NCBI GenBank assembly: GCA_965116515.1
Contig: OZ220705.1
Span: 4,381,113-4,445,112, forward strand
Direction: 5' to 3'
Length of the DNA stretch: 64,000 nt
Source of the DNA: Alphaproteobacteria bacterium
GTDB taxonomy: Bacteria; Pseudomonadota; Alphaproteobacteria; SP197
Part shown: piece by piece, positions 9,423-17,130 of the stretch
Layout: each line of letters starts with the position of its first letter
How positions within the stretch are numbered: the stretch's first letter is position 1
Position numbers and translations under genes: made by a program
The notes under the pieces: model-generated
Told to the model about the DNA's origin: nothing
The model's input: the letters and a program-made list of their open reading frames with translations, nothing else
The model's database searches: none

Positions 9423-10760
9423 ATGGCATTCCCGAAAAGCTCACCCTATGTGATCATCGGAGCCGGTATCCACGGCCTTTCGACAGCCTACCACCTTGCT
9501 TTGGAACTGAAGGCGCGAGGACGGGGCGGTGGCGAGGACATTCTCGTTCTGGACAAGACGGGGATTGCGGCCGGCGCCAGCGGCATCGCCTGTGGCGTGG
9601 TCCGCAACAACTACTACCAGCCGGCCATGCGCGAACTCATGGCGCAGAGCGTCGAGGTCTGGGAAAGCGACCCTGAAGCCTACAGCTATCACCCGGTCGG
9701 CTACATGCAGATTTCCAGCGAGTCCATGCATGAGGACGTCACGACGATCTACCAGCAGCAGCAGGCGATCGGCTACGAGTCGGCTTTCATCGAGGGCGCG
9801 GACGACTGCATGACGTACATGAAGTCGATGTTTTCCGACTGGCGGGCACAGAACATCACCTCGGTGCTGCACGAAAAGAAGGGTGGTTACGCCAACAACA
9901 CCGCGTCCATCTACGGGCTTGCCTCCAAGGCGGAAAGCGAGGGTGTCCGTATCATCACCGGCTGCAACGTCACCGGTTTCAGGCGTTCCGGCGAAGCGGT
10001 GAGCGCTGTCATCACGGACCGGGGCACCATCGAGACCGACATGGTCGTGGTGGGCGTGGGGCCGTGGGTCTCCAAGATCTGGACCATGCTCGACCTGCCC
10101 GAGAGCGTCTCCATCAAGGGCGCGGACGGCACGATGCATCACGGCATCGACATGTGGCGCTACTGGTGCCTTGAAGAGGGCACGCTCGGCGTCGATCCGA
10201 ACCTGCAGAAGACGAACGACGGCGGCATGCCTCCGGTCATCCATGTCGACACCGATGCCCCGCTCCATTCCGATATCGATGACTCCGTCATCACCGAAGA
10301 GATGTGGGGCATCTACTACAAGCCCGACTTCAACTTTGCTGGCATCCAGGGCGGTGCCATGCCCTACGAGGTCACCACACCGGTCAATGAAGTGGCGCTC
10401 GATCCCTATGGCCCGGAATCGCCGGACTTCATCGTCGGCGACGAGTTCGCCCACATGTGGTGTTCGGCCCTGGCCCATTGCCAGGAGCGTTTCTCCGGGC
10501 AGATCAGACACTGGAAGAAGGAACCGTCGGGAGGCCTTGGATGTTTCACGCCCGACAGCTTCCCGGTCTTCGATACGATGTGCGAGAATGTCCAGATCAT
10601 CGCCGACTCCAATCATGGCTACAAGATGATCGGGGTCGGCAAGCTCGTGGCCGCCGAGTGCGTTGGCGAGACCATGGCGTTGCTCGAGCCATTCCGATTT
10701 TCACGTTATGCCGAAGGACAACTGCATCCGGTGTCGAACAGCCCCTTCCCGTGGAGCTGA
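9423..10760 (+). CDS. FAD-dependent oxidoreductase, DAO / sarcosine-oxidase-beta-like
   Basis: N-terminal dinucleotide fold YVIIGAGIHGLSTAYHLA..VLDK..IAAGASGIACGVV. About 445 aa from ATG 9423. The TTG at 9396 is less likely. Confidence 0.8.
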   Translation: MAFPKSSPYVIIGAGIHGLSTAYHLALELKARGRGGGEDILVLDKTGIAAGASGIACGVVRNNYYQPAMRELMAQSVEVWESDPEAYSYHPVGYMQISSESMHEDVTTIYQQQQAIGYESAFIEGADDCMTYMKSMFSDWRAQNITSVLHEKKGGYANNTASIYGLASKAESEGVRIITGCNVTGFRRSGEAVSAVITDRGTIETDMVVVGVGPWVSKIWTMLDLPESVSIKGADGTMHHGIDMWRYWCLEEGTLGVDPNLQKTNDGGMPPVIHVDTDAPLHSDIDDSVITEEMWGIYYKPDFNFAGIQGGAMPYEVTTPVNEVALDPYGPESPDFIVGDEFAHMWCSALAHCQERFSGQIRHWKKEPSGGLGCFTPDSFPVFDTMCENVQIIADSNHGYKMIGVGKLVAAECVGETMALLEPFRFSRYAEGQLHPVSNSPFPWS

Positions 10761-10833
10761 CAAGGTTACCGGCCCCGGTAATCCAGGCAAGAAGGACAAT
10801 CCAAAGAACCGACCCTAAGGGAGAGCAGGATCC

Positions 10834-12306
10834 ATGCCGATGGACATCGAACGTTACGTTGAACAGGAAGGCCGCGCCGAAAGGGTGCGCCAGGTGCGCG
10901 AGAAGATCGATGAACTGAACATCGATTACATCTACTACCAGTTCATTTCCGTGACCGGGCGCATTGTCGGCAAGGGTGTTCCCGCCGATCACTGGGAGAC
11001 CATTGCCGAGCGGGGTTTCCAGCTGGTCTACGGTTCGGTCGCCAATCTCTATGTCGACCGTTACGGAAGCTACATCGGTTACGGGCCGGAATCATCCGAG
11101 CTTGTGGGCATCCCCGATCCGGAGACATTCGTACAGCTGCCCTGGGACAAGCGTGTGGCGCGGGTCTACTGCACCTGCTTCCGCAACCGCGAGGAACCCG
11201 TCAATCCGGGCGCCTTCTTCACGGGAGACTGCCGCGGCAACCTGCGGCGCACCCACGACGCCTTCCAGGAGAAGCACAACGGCCTGCATCTGCGCCATGG
11301 CACCGAGCCGGAGATGATGTGGCTCAAGAAGGGCGAGGACGGCCTGCCTGATGGCGGATTTTCCAAGCCGAACTGCTATCACATCGACCAGTTCGAGAGT
11401 CTGCGTCCGGTTTTCATGAAGGCGATCGAGTACAGCCGCGCCATGGGCCTCGACATGATCCAGGGCGACCATGAGGACGCACCGGGTCAGCTGGAGCTGA
11501 ACTTCCAGTTCGACGATGCCCTGCGCACCGCCGACCGCCTCACCACCTACCGGCAGATCTGTGCCCAGGTGGCGCGCGAGAACAACCTCGTGGCGTGCTT
11601 CATGTCGAAGCCCTTCATGGGTGTCTCGGCATCGGGGTGCCACCACAATGTGTCCCTGTGGACGGGCGGCGCCGACGAGATCAACCCTCTGGGCCAGGAC
11701 CAGCCGGCGGGCATGATCGAGAACTTCGTCTATCGCAAGGGCGGCACCAACACCTTCCTTCCGGACGGCTCCGATCCGCGCAAGCCCGGCAGCGTCGGCC
11801 TCAAGGCCATCGGTGGCGTCATGGCGCATCTCGGCGCCCTCACGGCCATCGGCTGCTCCACGGTCAACTCCTACCGCCGCCTGTGGGACACGGGCTTCTG
11901 GGCTCCGGTGTTTGCCGACTGGGGATACCAGAACCGGACCACCGGCATGCGCGTCTCGGCACCGGGACGTTTCGAGTACCGGGCTGTCGACTCCATGGTC
12001 AACCCCTACCTCATGGCCGGCGCTCTGCTGCAGGCTTTCGACGACGGCATCGACAACGATCTCGATCCCGGCGAGCCCGAGGAGCGCAACATCTACCAGG
12101 CCATGGAAGAGGGCAAACTGGTCAAGAAGCTGCCGATGTCGCTGGGTGATGCCCTCGATCGCCTGCGCGATGACGAGGTGATCAGATCATCGATGCCGGG
12201 CGACATGTACAAGGTCTTCATGCACTACAAGACCAACGAGTGGGAGACCTTCATGGCCACCGTCACCGGATGGGACATGGAGACCTACTGGGATTGCCTG
12301 CCCTGA
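10834..12306 (+). CDS. Glutamine-synthetase-family gamma-glutamyl ligase (GlnT/GmaS/PuuA-like)
   Basis: GS catalytic-domain pattern GTEPEMMWL...HEDAPGQLELNFQFDDALRTADRL..YRQI...FMSKPFMGVSASGCHHNVSLW...NSYRRL. GGGAGAG lies upstream of the ATG. Confidence 0.85.
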   Translation: MPMDIERYVEQEGRAERVRQVREKIDELNIDYIYYQFISVTGRIVGKGVPADHWETIAERGFQLVYGSVANLYVDRYGSYIGYGPESSELVGIPDPETFVQLPWDKRVARVYCTCFRNREEPVNPGAFFTGDCRGNLRRTHDAFQEKHNGLHLRHGTEPEMMWLKKGEDGLPDGGFSKPNCYHIDQFESLRPVFMKAIEYSRAMGLDMIQGDHEDAPGQLELNFQFDDALRTADRLTTYRQICAQVARENNLVACFMSKPFMGVSASGCHHNVSLWTGGADEINPLGQDQPAGMIENFVYRKGGTNTFLPDGSDPRKPGSVGLKAIGGVMAHLGALTAIGCSTVNSYRRLWDTGFWAPVFADWGYQNRTTGMRVSAPGRFEYRAVDSMVNPYLMAGALLQAFDDGIDNDLDPGEPEERNIYQAMEEGKLVKKLPMSLGDALDRLRDDEVIRSSMPGDMYKVFMHYKTNEWETFMATVTGWDMETYWDCLP

Positions 12307-12322
12307 CAGGCAGAGTGTCAGT

Positions 12323-12350
12323 GCGGCGGCGGGACGCGTCCCGCTGCCGC
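12323..12350 (+). other. Intercistronic GC stem-loop between the GS-like and amidotransferase-like genes
   Basis: GCGGCGGCGGGACG/CGTCCCGCTGCCGC near-perfect inverted repeat (one mismatch) inside the 70-nt gap. Confidence 0.4.
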
Positions 12351-12376
12351 CCGACGACAAGGGGAGACAACAAGGC

Positions 12377-13312
12377 ATGTGTGGCATTGCAGGCATCATT
12401 CACCGCAACAGGTCATCCGACATCGGCTCGGAAATGACCTCCATGTTGCAGTCGCTCAAGCACAGGGGACCGGACTCGACGGGATTTGCCATCTACGGCA
12501 TGCCCCGGGAGGACGAGTTTGTCCTGCGCTTCAAGGTCGCCGAACAGGAAGACGCGGCAAAGGGCTACAACATTCACCAGGAAATCCGGGACCGCCGGGC
12601 CGAAGTCGACCGCCGTCTCGCCGAACTCGGGGTGGAGGTGGTCGAGACCGTCGATGCCACGGAGTACGCCTATCGCTACCGCATCAAACATGGCGGCGAC
12701 ATGCGCAAGGTGGCCGACTACGTCGAGGACGTGACCTCCACCGAGATCCTCTCTCTCGGGAGCCGCCTTGAGCTGATCAAGGATCTTGGAGACGCATCGA
12801 CCGTGTCGGACCAGTACGCGCTCAGGGGCTTCAATGGCACCCATGCCATCGGGCACACCCGCATGGCCACGGAATCGGATGTCGACATCCGTTCTGCCCA
12901 TCCCTACTGGGCCTATCCCTACAACGACATCGCCGTGGTGCATAACGGCCAGCTCACCAACTACTGGATCATGCGCCGCGAACTCGAGCGCAAGGACTTC
13001 CGCTTCATGTCGAGCTGCGACAGCGAGCTCATCTCGGTCTACCTCGCCGACAAGCTGCAGGAAGGCGTCGATCTGGAAGAGGCCATGGTGCAGTCGGTCG
13101 ACGAATTCGACGGAGTCTTCACCTACCTCGTGGCGACGTCGGACAAACTCGGCATGGCCAAGGACGACATGGCCGCCAAGCCCATGGTGCTCTACGAGAG
13201 CGACGACCTGGTGGCCATGGCCTCCGAAGAGGTCGCCATCCGCCAGGTCCTGCCCCACGAAATCGACACGCACGATCCCTACGACCGGGAGGTTCGGGTA
13301 TGGCAGAGCTGA
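12377..13312 (+). CDS. Class-II (Ntn) glutamine-amidotransferase-like subunit (GlxB/MgsA-like)
   Basis: Starts MCGIAGI (N-terminal nucleophile Cys), ...HTRMATES...HPY...VHNGQLTNY. Confidence 0.85.
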   Translation: MCGIAGIIHRNRSSDIGSEMTSMLQSLKHRGPDSTGFAIYGMPREDEFVLRFKVAEQEDAAKGYNIHQEIRDRRAEVDRRLAELGVEVVETVDATEYAYRYRIKHGGDMRKVADYVEDVTSTEILSLGSRLELIKDLGDASTVSDQYALRGFNGTHAIGHTRMATESDVDIRSAHPYWAYPYNDIAVVHNGQLTNYWIMRRELERKDFRFMSSCDSELISVYLADKLQEGVDLEEAMVQSVDEFDGVFTYLVATSDKLGMAKDDMAAKPMVLYESDDLVAMASEEVAIRQVLPHEIDTHDPYDREVRVWQS

Positions 13313-14145
13313 ACGAGACCGCGCGCTCCCACGACATGGGGCTGCATACCGAGCAGCTCACAGGGCGCACGCAGCAGAGGTTCTTCGATGTCAGCGAAGA
13401 GGGGAACCATCTCTACCCGGAAGCGTTTGACGTCGATTACAACAAGCGCGCCATCATCGATGCCATCGACATGGATGCCCGGGGCGTGAACCGGAAGATC
13501 CGTGACCTGATGGCCGAAGGATACGGCTCCATCGTTGTCCGCAATCCCCAGGCCCGCCATTCCCTGGCCGTGGGTATCCTGCAGCGGCTCAACCTGACCT
13601 TCGAGGGAAGCCTCGGGTACTTTGGCGTCGGGCTCATTGACGGCCCCAATGTCAGGGTGACCGGCCGCGTGGGCTGGTCATGCGCCGAGAACATGATGGC
13701 CGGCACCGTGATCGTCGAAAAGAACGCCGGTTCGACCTTCGGGGCCGCCATGCGTGGCGGCGATCTCGTCTGCATGGGCGATGTCGGTTCGCGGACGGGC
13801 ATCGACCAGAAGGGCGGCACCATCATCGTCGGTGGCCGGACCGGCGCATTCTCGGCGTTCATGATGCAGCGGGGCCGCATGATCGTGCTTGGCAACGCGG
13901 GCAAGAACCTCGGTGATTCGATGTACGACGGAACCATATTCGTAGGAGGCTCGATCGAGAGTCTCGGTGTCGATGCCGTGCCAGGAGAAATGTCCGATCT
14001 CGATTGCGCCTGGCTCGAGCGCAAACTCGGCATGTATGGCCTCAGGGCGCCGGACGGTGTCGCCAACATGACCAAGATCGTCGCCGGCAAGCAGCTCTGG
14101 AACTACGACAATCTTGAACCGTCAGAGAAGAAGATCGTTCTCTAG
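13300..14145 (+). CDS. GXGXG-motif beta-helix subunit (glutamate synthase alpha C-terminal-domain-like; GlxC/MgsB-like)
   Basis: Repetitive G-rich beta-helix pattern GSLGYFGVGL..GRVGWSCAENMMAGTVIVEKNAGSTFGAAMRGGDLVCMGDVGSRTGIDQKGGTIIVGG. Overlaps the upstream gene by 13 nt. Confidence 0.8.
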   Translation: MAELNETARSHDMGLHTEQLTGRTQQRFFDVSEEGNHLYPEAFDVDYNKRAIIDAIDMDARGVNRKIRDLMAEGYGSIVVRNPQARHSLAVGILQRLNLTFEGSLGYFGVGLIDGPNVRVTGRVGWSCAENMMAGTVIVEKNAGSTFGAAMRGGDLVCMGDVGSRTGIDQKGGTIIVGGRTGAFSAFMMQRGRMIVLGNAGKNLGDSMYDGTIFVGGSIESLGVDAVPGEMSDLDCAWLERKLGMYGLRAPDGVANMTKIVAGKQLWNYDNLEPSEKKIVL

Positions 14146-14167
14146 GCCGGTGGGAGACAACCAGAAA

Positions 14168-15520
14168 ATGACCGCAGACGCTAACGGCAATGGCCGCAAC
14201 AGGGAAATCCTCGGCGAGAATTTCATGTTTCCGCCACGGGTGGTCGACGACATCCACATCAAGGCCGAACTCGGACGGTACCGCATGCGCGGCATGGCCC
14301 TGTTCAAGAAGATCCCGACCTGGGACGATCTCACCTTCCTTCCGGGTACCCTCACCCGTTTCGTGATCGAGGGATATCGCGAAAAGTGCCAGACACGGAC
14401 CGTGATCGGGCCCCGCGCCGGACGTCCCCTGGTTCTCGATATTCCGGTCTATGTCACCGGCATGAGCTTCGGCGCCCTGAGCTACGAGGCGAAGACCGCG
14501 CTGGCCCGCGGCGCCACCATGGCGGGCACGGCGACGTGTTCCGGCGAAGGCGGCATGATCCCCGATGAACGCCGCTACTCGGAAAAATGGTTCTACCAGT
14601 GCATCCAGTCGCGCTACGGCTTCAATCCGCATCACCTGCGGCTGGCCGACGGTTGCGAGTTCTTCATCGGCCAGGGCTGCAAGGTCGGCCTTGGCGGTCA
14701 TCTCATGGGCCAGAAGGTCACCGACCAGGTGGCCGAGATGCGGTCCCTGCCTGCGGGTATCGACCAGCGCTCGCCGGCACGCCATCCCGACTGGCTGGGC
14801 CCCGACGACCTGGCCCTCAAGATCCAGGAAATTCGCGAAGCCACGAACTACCAGATCCCGATCCAGCTCAAGCTTGGTGCGGCGCGGGTCTACGATGACG
14901 TGCGCATGGCCGTGAAGTGCGATCCCGACTCCATCTACATCGATGGCATGGAAGGTTCGACCGGGGCAGGCCCCCACCTTGCCACCGAGGAAACCGGCAT
15001 TCCCGGTATCGCAGCCATACGTCAGGCCAGGCGGGCGATCGATGATCTCGGCAAGCGCGGCGAAATCACGCTCATCTACGCCGGTGCGGTGAGAAACGGC
15101 GGTGATCTGGCGAAGGCGCTCGCTCTCGGCGCCGACGCGGTCGCCATCGGGACCACCGCCATGATGGCTCTCAACTGCAACAAGGACATCCCGGAGGCGG
15201 ACTTCGAGGGTACCATCGGGGTTCCTGCCGGATACTGCTACCACTGCCATACCGGCCGCTGCCCGGTCGGTGTCGCAACCCAGGATCCGGAGTTGCGCAA
15301 GCGCCTCAACCCCGATGATGCGGCCGAACGCGTCTACAACATCCTCCATACACTGACCATCGAATGCCAGATGATGGCGCGGGCCTGTGGCAAGACCAAC
15401 GTTCACAGCCTCGAACCGGAGGATCTGGCGGCACTGACCATGGAAGCCTCGGCCATGGCGGGCGTCCCCCTGGCAGGGACCAGTCACACCGTCGGCGTCG
15501 ATGACTACCACCACCTCTGA
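14168..15520 (+). CDS. FMN-dependent glutamate-synthase-domain subunit (GlxD/MgsC-like)
   Basis: Pattern MSFGALS.EAK.ALA.GA...G....SGEGG...QGAKxGxGG.L...KV..EIA..R...PG...SP..H.D...EDL (seen as VTGMSFGALSYEAKTALARGATMAGTATCSGEGG...IGQGCKVGLGGHLMGQKV). ATG 14168 is preceded by GGGAGA. Confidence 0.85.
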   Translation: MTADANGNGRNREILGENFMFPPRVVDDIHIKAELGRYRMRGMALFKKIPTWDDLTFLPGTLTRFVIEGYREKCQTRTVIGPRAGRPLVLDIPVYVTGMSFGALSYEAKTALARGATMAGTATCSGEGGMIPDERRYSEKWFYQCIQSRYGFNPHHLRLADGCEFFIGQGCKVGLGGHLMGQKVTDQVAEMRSLPAGIDQRSPARHPDWLGPDDLALKIQEIREATNYQIPIQLKLGAARVYDDVRMAVKCDPDSIYIDGMEGSTGAGPHLATEETGIPGIAAIRQARRAIDDLGKRGEITLIYAGAVRNGGDLAKALALGADAVAIGTTAMMALNCNKDIPEADFEGTIGVPAGYCYHCHTGRCPVGVATQDPELRKRLNPDDAAERVYNILHTLTIECQMMARACGKTNVHSLEPEDLAALTMEASAMAGVPLAGTSHTVGVDDYHHL

Positions 15521-15538
15521 CCCGGACAGGTAACGCAG

Positions 15539-15940
15539 ATGACAGGCACAACTGACAAAACGGCCGACGTCGACTACTTCCTCACTTCGGACGGTCTTGA
15601 CACGTCCCGCGAGAAAGAGATCGGCCAGCACATCGGCTATCGCTACGACGTCAACCTGCTTCCCGACTATGACCGGTTGACGCCGTTCCTGAAGACCTAC
15701 ATCGAACTCATGGGCTGGGACGATCTCAACTGGCTCGAGGATGTCCACATGGGCTACGAAGAAGGTCATGCCGCGGTCTTCGACCGCAATGCGAATGGCT
15801 GGATTCGCGTTCCCGAATCCTTGGACCTGCCGGACAACCAGCAGGACCGCGACATGATCGCCCGTGAGCTCCTGATCAAGTTCCAGATGTCGGATCGCCA
15901 TCCCATGCGCGATCTCTACCGCGCCTATCGCAAGTTCTGA
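15539..15940 (+). CDS. Hypothetical acidic 133-aa protein, last gene of the gamma-glutamyl module
   Basis: Uninterrupted ORF with a GC3-rich codon pattern, 18 nt after the upstream stop and followed by a hairpin. No motif recognised. Confidence 0.55.
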   Translation: MTGTTDKTADVDYFLTSDGLDTSREKEIGQHIGYRYDVNLLPDYDRLTPFLKTYIELMGWDDLNWLEDVHMGYEEGHAAVFDRNANGWIRVPESLDLPDNQQDRDMIARELLIKFQMSDRHPMRDLYRAYRKF

Positions 15941-15948
15941 TCGTCACC

Positions 15949-15969
15949 TGCCGGCGGCGACCGCCGGCA
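15949..15969 (+). terminator. Terminator-like GC hairpin after the operon (no clear U-tract)
   Basis: TGCCGGCGG-cga-CCGCCGGCA, 9-bp perfect stem beginning 9 nt after the stop codon. Confidence 0.35.
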
Positions 15970-16103
15970 CCAGTACCTGCTCTCCCATCCCGGAAAGGCA
16001 CGGACGCCTGTCGCGCCACCGGGCTGGTCGTCCCCCTCCCGATTCCTGGTGACGTTCCCGACCCATGCGGACCCGCCGGCGGCGCGGCGCTCGGGCAGAC
16101 CCG

Positions 16104-16664
16104 TCAGACCTGTGTCACAGGAGGGTTGGCGACGGCTCTCTCCCAGTCGGGAAGGAAGGCAAGCGCGCGCGGCGCTGCAGGCGGCGGGGCAAACAGGGCA
16201 TTGTGCCAGAAGAGCGCCGTGGCGAAGCGATCGTCGCCCGGCAGGTCCTGAACGTCGCATGGCAGGATCCAGGACTGGCTGAACTGCTCGAAATGGAGTG
16301 TCGCGCTGCCAGCGGCAACGAGAGCGGCGGCACCCGGTGACTGCCGGGAGAACTGAGCGAACAGCCGCGGCTCGAAATCCCGCGATGTCTGGAAGTAGGT
16401 TGCTGCCAGGTGCTTCAGCCCCTTCTCGAAGCGCTCCCGGGGATCATGGGTGCCCGAGACCGTCTGGCGAAAGAGAGCCGCCGCGTCGGCCGGCTCCCTC
16501 TCGATGAGGACCGTCCGGACGTGGCCGAGGATGCCGCCGTCGGCAAGGACGGCACGGGGTGTCATGGCGCTGGAGGGACGCCCGTTCTCCCGGCGCATGG
16601 CGTGCTGGCGAATGAGGCACTGCCAGGCCATGAACGCGTCTCGCAGGGCATTCTCCCCGGCCAT
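16104..16664 (-). CDS. Hypothetical protein (186 aa), translationally coupled to yggT-like gene
   Basis: GC3-rich ORF. Its ATG lies 6 nt after the upstream stop, with GAGGAG inside the end of the upstream gene. No motif recognised. Confidence 0.55.
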   Translation of the reverse strand: MAGENALRDAFMAWQCLIRQHAMRRENGRPSSAMTPRAVLADGGILGHVRTVLIEREPADAAALFRQTVSGTHDPRERFEKGLKHLAATYFQTSRDFEPRLFAQFSRQSPGAAALVAAGSATLHFEQFSQSWILPCDVQDLPGDDRFATALFWHNALFAPPPAAPRALAFLPDWERAVANPPVTQV

Positions 16665-16670
16665 GGCTCC

Positions 16671-17042
16671 TCAGAAACCGCCGAGCCCGCCACCGAAGAG
16701 ATCGTAGAGGATGGCGGCGATTTCTCCCTCGAGGGGGAAGGACAGCATGCCGAGCACCGAGTACCCGAGAATCCAGGGCAGGACGTAGAAGCGGAACAGG
16801 AAGAAGAACCAGGCGACGAAAAGCGGCACGATGGGGTCGATGAGAAATCCCGGCGTCACCGGCCGGAAGACCCGCAGGACCGGATCGGTCAGCATGACGA
16901 ACGCCCGCATGAAGAAAAAGTCGGATGTCACGGGAAGGAAGATGTTCATGGCCGCGCGGCCAATCAGCGTCCACATGATGGCGCCGAGGATGTAGTCGAG
17001 GCCCACCACCCACCAGGGGAGAACAGCCGCCAGGCTGGTCAT
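16671..17042 (-). CDS. YggT-family small membrane protein
   Basis: 123 aa with four hydrophobic segments. Pattern ...DPVLRVFRPVTP...DPIVPLFVAWFFF resembles YGGT repeats. Confidence 0.65.
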   Translation of the reverse strand: MTSLAAVLPWWVVGLDYILGAIMWTLIGRAAMNIFLPVTSDFFFMRAFVMLTDPVLRVFRPVTPGFLIDPIVPLFVAWFFFLFRFYVLPWILGYSVLGMLSFPLEGEIAAILYDLFGGGLGGF

Positions 17043-17075
17043 CGGATCACGGCTCCCGGGCTGTCATGAACAGAC

Positions 17076-17106
17076 AAGGGGGCGGACAAGAACTGTCCGC
17101 CCCCTT
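17076..17106 (-). terminator. Intrinsic-terminator-like hairpin downstream of the symporter gene
   Basis: AAGGGGGCGGACA-agaac-TGTCCGCCCCCTT, 13-bp perfect stem 25 nt after the stop of the 17131-18948 gene. The trailing T-run on the minus strand is weak. Confidence 0.55.
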
Positions 17107-17130
17107 GCAACAAGGGTCTTAAATGATGCG

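Noticed and set aside
14042-15901. 619-aa minus-strand ORF
   Set aside because: Antisense to the GXGXG and FMN glutamate-synthase-like genes, which carry clear family motifs. It is a shadow ORF.
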